A DNA stretch of 57,397 nucleotides, counting the filler, from Sphacelaria rigidula (Eukaryota): NCBI GenBank assembly GCA_964200075.2. It is 3 parts of 3 records of this genome, joined end to end, with 100 filler letters (N's around TTAATTAATTAA, not from the genome) between each part and the next. Parts side by side here need not be neighbours in the genome. Positions count along the whole stretch, not along the records: positions 19,169 to 38,234 come from CAXNAA020000737.1; 2 more parts are not named here. One strand, 5' to 3'. Below are positions 25,993 through 38,334 of this stretch, piece by piece. Below the pieces are notes generated by a model. It searched no databases, had not been told where the DNA came from, and saw only the letters and a list, made by a program, of their open reading frames with translations. How positions within the stretch are numbered: the first letter of the stretch is position 1; each line of letters starts with the position of its first letter. A program made the position numbers and the translations under genes.

Positions 25993-28370
25993 CTTTACAT
26001 TAAAAAGTGAGGAATATGACCATAAACTGTACTGGGGATTGGAGGATAACAGTGGCGCAGTTGATGGGCCCAATATGACGGTCCGGTTTGACGAGTCGAG
26101 GATTATGAGTAAGCGGGTCCGGTCGTGTAGAAGTTGTGATCACATCCTTCCTGGTCCCAAAGGTTGCGGATCCAGACTGACACGGATTATTCCTTTCTGT
26201 CGACGCGCCTTGAAGTTTCTGCCCTGGGAGAACATGTATCTATCCGTGCATATGTCTCGTGTGTACATCGAATCGATCTCTAGTTATCTGCTGCCGCATC
26301 TCGAACACTTCTGCGTCTTTTGCCCAAAGGTCTGTCTGAGGGGGTCGATATAGATTCTCTTCCCAAGAATGACCTATTGGTGCAGTCGCCATAACCTCTG
26401 ACGTCTTTGTTTTGAGATATAATGTCACCTTTCAATCCGTTGAATTGCGTTCTCGCTTCGTACTATTTTTGGAGAATGTTTGGAGTACGGTTCAGAGTTT
26501 TTCAATATCCAGATCTTGCTGTGCTTCGAGCATCACTTGGTTTCGCGTACACTACACGCATACATGATCGTACATGCTTTAAGTTTGTCATCATTGTTGA
26601 GTATCTCGATATCTCTGTTCTTGGGTTCACGTGCTCGATTCATACGGGATATGCACTATGTTCTCCGGTAGTGCTGTTGCTCACCCCTTGTGTCTGTTGC
26701 ATTCCCCTCATTACCGTACATTATTTGGTTATTGTACAACGTTCCGTCCACACGTTTTGTTATTCTTATTGCAATCATGTCTCCACATAGTGGTGTGGAA
26801 AATATTGTTGCATAACGTCTTTAGCTATTCAAAATCCCCCAAACAGGCCATGGTCATGCTCCTTGAGGGGGTAAGGCTTAGGACATGGAATGTCACTCGG
26901 AGCCATGGCACGCCGCGTCACCCATTGCATTCCTCGTCCCAAGCCTTACCCCCTCAAAAAGCTTGCCGTCTCCGAGTCCGCGTCGCCTACCCAGACGCTC
27001 CGTACACCCGGCACCGAGTAAGAAGCTGTCACCTAACACACCCTGCATCCTCCATCCTGGGTACGATAAATCGTTCATAATTTAAGCATAAATGTGGGAA
27101 AGAGAACAATCGACCTCCCGACAGACGAAACTGTTGATTTGACTCGCCCACGCACATCTGCTTCTGATGAGTCGACTGGCTGACCGGATTGATGATAGGT
27201 CAACCGTTGGACCCCACACTTGAGACAGTCTATCGATTTGTTTGAAAAATGGTTGTTGTAGGCGCAGGTAGACGCTAGACGAACATAAACGGTTAGCGTG
27301 AGATGAGGAATTCCCAACACACGTACCGCAAAAGCCTCTTGCTATGGGTGAGACGGAGTGGATGCGTTTTTTTCTTTGTTCGGGCATCATTCCGCTTGTA
27401 AAGTGCTGAAATCGTACGTAGATGACCGCGTACCCCGCTGGCAGGTTTCCTGTCGGCAGCTTGTTCTGAAGCGCTGGGGGTTCGAGCTGTTCCGCCGCTA
27501 TTTCACACGCGGCACATACAAACGACAGGCTATTCCACCCCCCCCTCCCCGCTGTCCATTTAGTTTTACACGAGAGGGTCTCAAAGGAGAAAAAACTCCA
27601 GACCAAACCCACCACCAAGGCATATCTTACGGCCACCACCTGTTTTCAACGTCAGCGTGCAGTGTGAGTTATGGTTTGATTCTACCGTGAGCTTGAACCC
27701 TTGCTCACACCAAGTTGTACGATTGCCCGCCAGTGATCCACCTTTCGGTATTCTTGTGGGCCTTGCTCTGAGATGATGCAAGGATCACGGTCCGAACCTT
27801 CAACCAGAGAGGGTAGACCTTTGTTTCTACGCTGCGCTCCTTCTTTTCGAAGTGGTCCTTCTATGGGCGTTTGCACGTGCACACGCGCGCATGTCCATCC
27901 CTTCATGTATTCGAGCCGATGGGGTTCGTGTCAATATTGCCGTCAAGATCAAAATACCCCCCGTGTATTTCCTTCGGTTGACCTTATTCTCTCTTCTTCC
28001 CCGCGTTGCTTTCGGGATCACCTGCTACCGATACTATGTATCGCCAAAAGAAATTTTTGGCATGTTCGACTCGCAGGATGTTACTTCAGCGAACGCGATC
28101 GAGGCGCTCCTTCAGACGTCCCCGTTGGCTTTGGCGCAAATCGTGGGTGTCTGCGGCGTGGTAGAAGCGGCCCAGTGGAGGCACCAGCAGTCTGGATCTG
28201 ACAAGCCCTTCTACGACCCCTTCAAGCAATGGCCCAAGACGGAGGCCAAGCAGGAGGCCATGAAGATGAAGGAGCTCAAGAACGGCAGGGCGGCCATGCT
28301 TTGCTGGGCTTCGTTCCTCTCCGCTGACCTCATCGCGGGTTCCGTGCCGGACTTCGCCATACCTTTCTAA
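23676..28370 (+). CDS. Light-harvesting complex (fucoxanthin-chlorophyll a/c binding family) protein, 209 aa, plastid-targeted
   Basis: Exons 23676-23819 (MKVTCAAALVGMVGVSAFQMP, signal peptide plus SAF motif), 24728-24893 (LDPL...ETVHCRVAMLA, helix 1) and 28051-28370 (FYDPF...MKMKELKNGRAAML, helix 3). Total 630 nt, in frame, GT-AG introns. Subfamily (possibly Lhcr-like) is not determinable by eye. Confidence 0.95.
25329..27070. repeat. Three diverged copies of a ~200-bp repeat in LHC intron 2
   Basis: Copies at about 25329-25525 (+), 25762-25954 (-) and 26849-27070 (+) share ccaag.c.t..ccc, c.ccgt.cacc and agaagct.tcacc. The first two also share atagactgcaccca. Confidence 0.7.
25955..26240 (-). 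mobile_element. Probable 3' end of a 5'-truncated non-LTR retroelement with (AAC)n tail
   Basis: (GTT)12 at 25955-25990. On the minus strand it is preceded by ...cagtacagtttatggtcatattcctcactttttaatgtaaagac, which resembles LINE 3' ends I recall from brown algae. The upstream boundary is approximate. Confidence 0.5.
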
Positions 28371-29722
28371 TCACTTTTAGACCTGGATGGGGGTAGAAAA
28401 GCAAGAGCGTTGCACCTGAATCGTCGTTATTTCGGTTCAACTGTTAATTTTTTCTCACTACTTTCTTCTTCTCCTTCACGGAGAAGAATGCGCGTGAAGG
28501 ATGTTGAGAAGGGTTGATAAGACTTGCGAACATTTTTGGGGTTTGTGAAGCGCATGCTTCGGACTGGCTCTTTGGCATTTTCTCGTACGGTCGGATGGCC
28601 GTATTTACCCGGGGTTGTCTTGGAAGCTGTTGACTGTCTTGACTTTACGATATAACAACGTACGTACTTGAGATATCAGATGTACGAGGTCGCGGACATG
28701 TTTGACGCTGAATCTGTGGGTATTCTCTGGGAATGTTATAACCTTGTCTCGCTGAGAGATATTTTGGGGCGGTGAGGTGGGTGGGTGGGTGGGTGGGTGG
28801 GTGGTACATAATACGATCAGAGCTCGGGTGTTTCAAAATGTGACACGAGAAGCCGCGATCACCTTAAGCCATTGGTACCTGAGCGAGGAGACTAGTGGCG
28901 CCCCCACAAAAATAAAATGAAATAAAAACATTTTGCCACGTCACGGCCATTTTTCCAAGAATGATTTCCTCTGCTTGATAACCACAGGATGCACAAACGC
29001 TCATACCCGCACGGGGTGGACTAGGCGTGCGTGCAGCGCGTGCGTCGACGTGGATTCATGACAGCCGTAAACGGCCCATGTTTCGTAGTGTTGGTGTCGA
29101 GTATAGTGAGTGTTCCCTAAGCCCAGGTGTTGGCATGAGAAAGTTACGGACGAAGTTGATCCTTGGCGCCCCAAGTGGCTATCCCAAGGATACGGCCAAA
29201 GTACCACCGCCGGGGGTGTAGTTTGAACGCCACGGCGCGCTATGAGTTTGTCACCGGAACATGAACGCATATCACTTTGTCGTCACCCACGAAGAGAACA
29301 AAAGATGGTCCCGGCAGTTGAAATCGGCAATGATTCTTCCCCGCTGATAGCAAACAGACTGGCGGGGTTGAGATTTCATTCGCTTTGTTCAGGAATCTGC
29401 ATCGTGTTAACTACAAGCTGGTTTAGGCTGAGAGCACACAGCTATCTAACCCACGGCAACTTAGCTTCCCGAATCATACTCAAGTGAATATATAGAGTGA
29501 ACTCCAGACCAACCTGCCGATGCACGCTCTGCCGTTGTTGAACAATGGGGAACGTGTCGGCATTCGAAGTCGCCACTCTTGTGAACGTCTCTTACAGTGG
29601 TTATATCATGGGATGCAAGGGTGCTACACGAGATAGGTGGAATGAGTAGTTCTACAGAAGCGATGCACGTGTTTTCTCTGAGGCCCTGCACTGAAGTTTT
29701 CCGAGGCGGAACATGAAAATAT

Positions 29723-29986
29723 ACGGGATCTTACAAATTGGGGATGGATCTTTCGTTGGGGATGAGAAACCCGGAGAAACAAAGTCTTCGTATCCACACC
29801 AAATCTTCGAGATATACTTCTATTTCTTGACACTCAAATATGTACGGCGTGTAGCAGTTGTCAATAGCTATCAGTAGATGAAGAAATGGAACTATGTCTC
29901 GAAGATTTGGTGTGGTAACGAAGATTTTAATTCTTCGGGTTTCTCATCCCCGATAAAAGATCCATCCCCAATTCGTAAGATCCCGT
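29723..29986. repeat. Long foldback inverted repeat (106-bp arms, 52-nt loop); MITE or small-RNA precursor
   Basis: Arms 29723-29828 and 29881-29986 align without gaps, with 13 differences. Confidence 0.9.
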
Positions 29987-30729
29987 CTTGAAAGCCAAGA
30001 AAATATAGAAGTAAATGTTGTGGAGTTTCAACATTTGCATTTTGACAAATGCACTGGCGGGTGATGCCGTAATAGATTGTCCCTCCCCCCCAAACCAGCC
30101 CCAACAACGTCACGAAGAAAATGACCACGAAGTCCATGTTTGCTTGTTCCAGTCTTCCCGAAACCGCCGATATGGGGGACAAATGCGGAAATGATCTCAA
30201 TCAAGCATGAGAATTCCCAGATGCTCGGTGATTGATTTACGTGTAGAAGTCACCTTCTCGAACCAGTCAGTTTACCCCGGGACGGGGCGCTATATTATAT
30301 CGCGATATAATTATTGCCCTATTGTGCCGGGTTCCCCCTGCTTCCTTTCGGCTACCCCAGTACGTGTGTGAGTCTAATCAACCTTGGGTCAAGATCTAAG
30401 CTTCTAAAACCCATGAATCGCGCCGAAAAGAGCTGGTCAAGAGCCAACAAATGCTTCACACTGGCTCAGGTCGTTGAGCTCGTAAAACAATGATTCACCT
30501 TGGCTGTGAAGAGGTTCATGGTCTTGACCTACAAACACGGGGTACGCAATTTGCGGATGACGAATATTTTTTCGAGGATGAGCGTGGCCGCGCGCCACGG
30601 CCGAAGAGTGCATTGAACCCTTTTGACCACGAGGGTAGGTCACCTGCCGAATCGGCATTAATTTTCCCGTGAGAAAAGTGTACATGCATGCATGATCCAG
30701 ATGCATTACCCGCACTGCGGTCTAATGAG

Positions 30730-30985
30730 GATTAACAATGTTTTCGTGAGATTGAGAGTTAGAGGATACGATTGAGATTGAAAAGCGGTCAACTAATGAC
30801 TGAATCATTTCAGTTCCGAATTGCCCATCCACGAGGCCCGATATGCTTTCTGTAGTAGCTCGCCACTGAGGCCCTTGATATCCGAGTAGGATATCGACAT
30901 GTAGCGGTAAGCACGCGTTAGTGATAGAGGAAAAGAGAAGCACACAACGAATGAAAAAATGGCTAAGCTAAAGCGAATGACCAAA
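30730..30985 (-). repeat. Second copy of the decayed coding-like repeat at 15570-15820
   Basis: See the 15570-15820 entry; colinear similarity over about 250 bp. Confidence 0.75.
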
Positions 30986-32557
30986 GCAACTCTCGATCTT
31001 ACGAAAACGTTGTTATTTTGCATCGTTCTTCCAAAATGTTTCCATCCTTACCGAGGTTCCTCCCATATTGAATATACCAATGTTGAGCCATGTGTAATGT
31101 ATCTCCATCATGGCTGCTGCAGGGCACTCCCGGGCATTGGCGACACACCTTGCTCAGTGTTTGTCGCCTTCACCGTCATTTTTCGTTTCCTTTTGTAAGT
31201 AGCAGCTGGACGCGATCGTGTACACTGCGGAGTTCTAGGCAGAGTTGTCATCGTATGTGCCGCGTATAAACAGCATAGTGGTGAGCGAATGGCGTGTTCC
31301 AGTCGATATATCCACAAGAACGAAAGAAAAACGCTCAGAAGGCCACCCGCGGACAAAGCATGGCGGTAGTATTAAAGCAATGGGTTGATTGCCGCTGTCC
31401 CCCTCTGCCCGAGGGCTATCGGTTTGCCCTGGGTGGGGCGTTAGGGTTAGCATTAACTGAGTCAAATTTACAGTATACCATAACTGTACACGATACGCGG
31501 AAAAAAACACGAAAAAACGTCTGTCCATGGTGCCACAACCACCACTGCAATGCTTGTGTACGAGGAATTACGTCTCAGCGAACTTGGCCAGTGAGCTGCT
31601 ATTCTTGGCAGTTGACTAACAACCCCCTCCTCCGCCCCCTACGAGCCTGGTCCAGCGAGAACCCGGCGTGCCCCGTCCCGGCTTTGTAGGGATGCGAGGT
31701 GAATGATCTTATGGCTACGGCATGCCAGATCGATCATGAGTACACCACCCCGCCCTCCCCCTCCCAAAACAAACAAAACCTCTGATGTGTGAGCTTTTTG
31801 CTCATCATATCCTCATTGTAGACCCTCCATTCTTCACCTTCCTTTGACGGTTCAACCTCACAAGAGGCAGTTAATCGCGTATCCCCGATGAAAAGACGCG
31901 CCCCGTCATGTATATATATGTGTGTGTATATAGGTGACGGTATTGTATTACATGAGAGAAGGAGAATTTGAGAAAAAGGAAGAGCTACAGACATACCGAG
32001 TGTGTTTTGCATGAGGAAAACTCATGATTTTGGCAACGGCGACGAAACATCAACTGCAGCTGGACTGGACATACACACTGCCTCGTAACAAACACAACAC
32101 TTCTTCGTCAACAAAATCGTGTGAGCATTGATTGGCGGCGGAAACTAAAACCACCGAAGACCCAAAGCGTAATTCTCTTTGTGTCTCAAACATTCTACCC
32201 GTAATTAGGTGTGTGACAAAAAAGTTATGATCATCAAACGAAACCTCACGTTTCGATCAATGACTAAAAGCGCAAAACAAAGACGTGACGAAAATACATC
32301 AACGGCAAGACCAACACAACTAAACAATCAAACCACGGGTTGGACAAAAAGAAGACTACAAGGGCCCGGTACCAAAACAAGGAGGAACACAGAATTCAAC
32401 ACCACTCGCCAAAAATCCTCCCAAAACCCAGCCGTAAACAAACACAAAAGGCAACCGGAGGGGCCACAAGGACTACACATCTCACGAAACTAAAAACGCT
32501 ACTGTACTGCAACTTTGTATTTTAAACTTGAAAACGCTGACAGCAGTATTTCATGTG

Positions 32558-35500
32558 CTACCTGATCACAGCACCACTACTATCCGCCGCACCAACCGCC
32601 CCCGCCATTTCCGCCTCCCCACCAGCCACTACAGCTGCAGCCTCGCCCCTCAACTCAGCCAACAACCCCTTGCTCTCCTCTTCTCCATCGCCATCCCCCA
32701 CCCCCATCCCCGCAGCAGTCGCCGTCACAGCAGCTGCCCGCGCAGTCGCCCTTCGAGGAGGCGTTGCCAATTCAAACGTTTCGTCGTCGCCGTCACCAGA
32801 GCCAGACAAGGCAACACCACTACTGGTACCGGTAGCCGAGGCAGAAAGAGAAGCACTGGACGACGGTGTCGGCGAGTATCCTAGCTCTCCCGATGAATGG
32901 CTGTCTTCTGTCCCTGCATCCCTCCGTAACGCTGCTCCTCCTGTCGCCGCCGCCGCCGCCGACTCATCCCCTGCCTCATCGCTTGTCCCCGCCGCTGCCG
33001 TCGCTGCCGCCGCTACCACCATCGCGTTGCTACTGTCGCTGCCTCGCACGGCGCCGAACCCACGATTTACGATGATCGAATGCAGGTCCAGGGTAGAACG
33101 TGGGCTGTTTGCGTACGACAAACCAACTAGCGGGCTTACCCCGCCGCTGTCTGCACGTGTAACCCGGCCATGCGCAGTCATACCTCCTTCTGAGCCACCG
33201 CCACCGGTACCACCGCTGCTCCCGCGGCCGTCTCGCCGCCCCCCCGCCACCTTCACCTGATTATCTTTCCCGCCTCCATTATGGTCGCTCTGGCTTTCTG
33301 GCTTGTGCCCTTCCTTTGCGTCCCGAGCGTTAACATTATTGTTCTCTATTTCTCCTTCCGGTCGAGGCGTCCATGACGCCACACTTCCTTTCTCGTCCTT
33401 TTGCACATCGATCACCAAACAGCTACCGTGGTCATCACCGCCATCCAATTTTCGTTCGGGCCAAGACATCGTCGCCGCCGACGACGCTAAACCTTCTATT
33501 GACGCCGCGGCGGGTGCTATCGATTCCGTATACCCGCCGCCCTCGTCTTCTTCCGTTCCCGCCGACCGCAACAACGGTAGGTTCTCCTCCGCCCCAGCAT
33601 CCACCTGCCGCCCCTCCTCCATTGCCAACGCGGGTTCCCCCACCACTCCCTCTGACAAACCACTGCCTCCACCATCACTAGCATCCTCACCCATATCCAT
33701 CGGCATCGGCGCCTCGCCGCCAACGGAGCTCGTGTAGGAGCCCCCGCCGCTACTACCCCCGCCCTTGAGAGACAAATCAGAACCTACGCTGCTGGGCATG
33801 CTGGTAGCGCCGCCTGCGCCCAGGCCGGTGCCACCGGATCCAAAGCGGAAACCGCTCTTGATATCCACACCAAGAGCTCTCGTCGGTGACGATGGCGGCG
33901 ACGGTGGACAAGCAGCATAGCCACCATCGACGCCGCCCTCACCGCCCAGCCCAAATCCGCCCGCAGGTGCAATGAAGGACAGGAACCCCCTGGTTCGATT
34001 GCTAGCACTACTATTGCTTTCTCTGCGACGACCGCCGCCGCCGGAGAGACTCGTTCGTCGGGGATCTCGCCCCACGTGAACCAGCTCTGACATGTCCGGC
34101 ATGCGGGAGCGAGGTGCCGGGGCGCAGAGCAACGAGTAAGAGTTCCGGGTGCATCCTTTGTTGTACTCGTTGTAGTGGTCTCGGTACACATCTAACGGGA
34201 CGGTAGAATGGAGATCAAACACACGGGGGAGGGCGGAAGCCAGGGGGAGCCGGGCGGAGGGATTGTAAGAGAGCGAATAACACGCAAGGTCTGTCAATCA
34301 CTTTGGAGCAGGTAGGAGCGGAGGTACTGACATTTTCGAGCAAAACATGGCAACGAGAGCGCGCAAATCCACCGAAGGGTGACTAGCGGCCGGCTTCAAA
34401 TAGCGCCGCTTGCTGCTGTGCGCAAATGGGCACGACAAAAGTATCCACAGGCAAGCGAACGGAAAACAAGGAACTGCACCCGAAACTGAGGGAACGGAGA
34501 CGATCAAGATTGGCATGTGTACATAAACGAATAAACAAGCAGCAGCAACACGAAAATAAACCTCACGTCGCATGTCCTCGTTGGTGGTCTGCCCCTTGCC
34601 GAGGATGGTGTAAACATGGTACAACCACAGGCGAAACAGCGGCAGGCCTACGACGATAGCCATCGCGATAATCAAAAGATCCACCGGGCCTGTGTCATCA
34701 CCAGTCACGTACGCGAAGCGGAGGGAAGGGGTGGTGGCGGCGGAGGGCGGGGGGTGCAGGGGACGCGGGAGGCATAAATACGTGTCGCGTGGACACAAAA
34801 TGAAAGCAAACGAATCTAGAACGAAGAGCCTCGCAACGAACACGGCGAACATGAAGCAGTAGCGACAGCACGATTCAAACAACCACGTTTCATGCCAAAC
34901 ATGCGTTTTGTCCCCTTCTCATTCCTCCAGAATCCGAAAGCAAAAAGACACAATTAATTGTGTTTGGGTGAAAAAGAGGGGAGAAAGATGGAAGCGGCGT
35001 GCGTTCCCACGGGGGAAGTTTAACCCATGATGTCATATGACACTTGCACGAAAGCTTTCTTAGAGAAAAGTGCATGTGGTATGTGCACCATCTTAGTATT
35101 AGTAGTACACGACTCCTCTCCGCAAATCCAATGCTTTGTGGCTACTACCGCCAAACGCACGTACAAGACCCTCTACCCATCGCTCAAGACATGAGCACAC
35201 GACACCTGCATCGAGTCTGATTTCAACCTAGGTCTTCGCATTATCTCGCAAGCGAAGATGATGCCGATACAGCACACGACCTACCCTGGCGGTCATCGGC
35301 TTTACCCTCCAAGCGCCCGGCAGATGAAGACATGTGAGTCTGACAGTCTCCATCCGGGTGAAAATGATGACGGTTCAACGGACAAGCAACCCACCCTCGC
35401 GATCGAAGGGTCGGAGGCAGAAACACAAAAACCAACCTCTTCAGAAAAAAAAAACACTGCACACCTTGAATGATGACAATACAAGGTTAATGCTTGCAAC

Positions 35501-37197
35501 AGGCCTATGCTTGACGCAGTACATTTTTTCACTTTTCTATTGCAACTCTTCACAATATGTTGTCAAATTCGTGCCTGTCTATCTATCCCATACACCGACA
35601 CATGTACAGCACAGCATCGCACTGCGCGATCCGGTAGAGTTTACAGGCGTTAGGCTACAAATGTTCATTGGTTGATACTACTTGATTTGAGGATGTACAA
35701 GGAGAATATTGGATATTTAGTCGGGCTGACAGTCCCGTGTGCTCCTCGCATGCGCTGGACGCCTTGTTGTCGAAATCGGCGCCACAGGCGCCGATTTGGG
35801 GTCTACCAAAGCCGCACTTTGTCAATGGAATGCATGTACCGCCCTTGCCCGAGAGTTCTCGGTGTGCGTTGGGTTGGGGTTAGAGTTAGGGGTAGCGTTA
35901 CTTGTAGAATTGTGCAAACATGGGTATTTGTAGCCCAGCGGCGGTAAACTAGCCTCGCACGACCCGGCAGGAGGCGGGGGCAGGCAGGCAGGCAGGCAGC
36001 CTCACCTGATGCAATAATCTCCAGGGCTTTCGGAACAGACCCGTCGCCCAGAACCACCACCCGAAGCACAATTCTCGCCACGCACACCGCCAGCATGTAG
36101 GCGATGAGTAAAACAGTCCCGGTCACGAAAAAAAAAAAGAAGCGGTAGTTGCGGACGGCCACACAGCTTCCGACCCACGGGCAGTGATGATCGAACCTTT
36201 GTTTCGTTTTGGGCGGTGGAGTGGAGTGTGCGTTGTGCATCGTTGTGTTTCGAGGAAAAAAAAATCCGGCCGCCGGTCAGTGTTGGCGTCGATGTGAAGC
36301 GTCGGTATATTCGTATGTGGTCGCGTGAGCCGCCGCGAACGACAGATCCGCCGCAGCAAAGGGGAAACAGACGGGAGAACAAAAGGTGTGGCGGCCGATA
36401 TCAAGAGAGAGCGTGCCGGCAGGGGAATCACGATCAGAATGGTATGAGAGGATGTGGGCACCGGAGGCTAAAATTGTCGTGAAATGTAAGTTTTTATGTA
36501 ACTAGATGCGGAGAGGGGATGTCTGAGTCACAACTGATTAAAGATACAGGCAAGATAACACACCATGAGACACAGTTTGCACCCTGAGTATTAGTACATC
36601 AGCTGACCAATCCCGACGGCCTGCTTCGTATACGAACAGCAGCTAGTGTGTTATATACTACGCGGTATAATACATGAACATATACCACACAGCGACACAG
36701 ATAGGAATATCGCGAGGAGTGGAGCGCCGGAAAACGTAACCGGCCACGCGCAAACAACGGCTTGACGCAAACATGAAAAAAAAAAAAGTAGCACGAGAAC
36801 ACACACACACGCGCGCGCGCGCAAACACGACAGTGCGTTGGAACAAAAAAATTCACAGCGCCCTTTTGTTTCTTCTCGTTGGCTGCCTCGCACCTCGCAC
36901 CTCGCCACGTACCACGTACAGTACATACAAAGACACAGTCAAGGACGAACCACACCAAGCAATTCACTGCGGCAAATTACATAACAACGAAGCTATTCGC
37001 CTGGACTGACACGGCTCTCTGTCTGCCTGCCTGTCTCCCTGCCTGCCGCTTTGTCTCCCTCCTTCTCTCCCGCTACTCATTAGTATTTTCTTCACGCACC
37101 TGTCAACGCAGTTGTTGCAGGACTGGCAGTGCTTCGATCGAGGTGGACGAAATATATTGCACGTGTCGCAGTACTTGAACCCGTGCAGACCGATCGT
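32558..37197 (-). CDS. DHHC-type protein S-acyltransferase (palmitoyltransferase), 5'-partial, spliced
   Basis: Exons 37197-37100 ([27 protein letters not shown]), 36196-36006 ([20 protein letters not shown] plus TM), 34689-34567 (TM plus GQTTNED) and 34191-32558 ([17 protein letters not shown] plus a long G/A/S-rich tail). Phases are compatible. The Cys-rich domain resembles the Erf2/ZDHHC9/14/18 type. N-terminal exons were not found. Confidence 0.93.
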
Positions 37198-38183
37198 CTG
37201 TTTTTGTTCCCGCGCCCCCATGTTTTGTTCGAATCGAACGCGGACGTGTGCGACCGTCAGACACACACACACACAAACACACGCACAAGATCAGGTCCGG
37301 TCCGGTCCGTCGAATCGAAAGCCCGCGCGACCCGAGAACAACCGCAGTAGTAGAGGTGTTGCGATCGCCAAGCCAACAAAAGCAGACGGAAGAATGGACG
37401 CGGAAAAAATGACGATAAACGAAAAACGCAGGCACAAAACAAAGTAGGTGAAGCAAGGGTACACGTGAAAAAAAAATGAGTTGAAACGAGACTCACGTCC
37501 GAGGGTGGTCGAAAAAAAAAAAAACAGAGTGGCTTAAGGTTTCTGGCAAAACTCCAGGGAGAAGAAAAATGCCACTGTTCAACTTGGTTTCGGACTACTC
37601 TCTGGCACGTCGGTGCGAACAAAATATTTCTTCGTGAACCGTTGGGTGACGGGGGTAGAAATGTCATGCCGTGCGGTGTTTGTGTGGAGGGGGTCATGAC
37701 ATGATGCGTCACGTGAAGACAGCAATCGGCAACCAGTACGCTATTACAGCATGGCAAAACTCGGATGTGAAGGAGAAAATAAATGCGCTTCATGTACGTT
37801 GGGGGAAATCACTCAGCTCAAACCCCACCACCTCTCACTGTCGATTTTCATTGAACTGAGAACACTCCTGCTACGGAAGAGTGGCCACGTCACGGGTGCT
37901 GTGTCGTTTTGCCATGGTTCGTGGGTGGAGTGTGAAGCACACACGCACACACACACACACCGCTAGACCTTTCATGGAGAGAGTGAGTCTCTCCGTGGGG
38001 ACTAGAGAGCTGGCAACTTGTTTTCGGTCATAAGGAATGACATGATATTTTGTGCATGTTGCGTACGGGACCGGGAATTACGGGACTCGAGAAACGAACC
38101 TCGTAAGAACGTGCCCTCTACGGAACGAACAAACGAGGAAAAAAAAAAGAGAGAGAAGAAACAAGTACGATCGTCCCCCTCTA

Positions 38184-38234
38184 TGCTCCGTCTCGAAAGG
38201 GATGCGTGGTCAATGGTCAAATGACTAAGGCAAG
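38184..38234 (+). mobile_element. Third copy of the same TIR, truncated by the gap, upstream of the first visible DHHC exon (presumed intron)
   Basis: 51 nt identical to the reverse complement of 22311-22361. Confidence 0.8.
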
Positions 38235-38334
38235 NNNNNNNNNNNNNNNNNNNNNNNNNNNNNNNNNNNNNNNNNNNNTTAATTAATTAANNNNNNNNNN
38301 NNNNNNNNNNNNNNNNNNNNNNNNNNNNNNNNNN
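38235..38334. other. Assembly gap with artificial linker
   Basis: 44 N + TTAATTAATTAA (38279-38290) + 44 N = exactly 100 bp. Confidence 0.97.

Noticed and set aside
25841..26353. 170-aa ORF with poly-Val (poly-Thr on the other strand)
   Set aside because: Produced by the (GTT)12 microsatellite within an LHC intron.
32553..33737. Plus-strand ORFs of 235 and 144 aa
   Set aside because: Antisense shadows of the GC-rich DHHC terminal exon.
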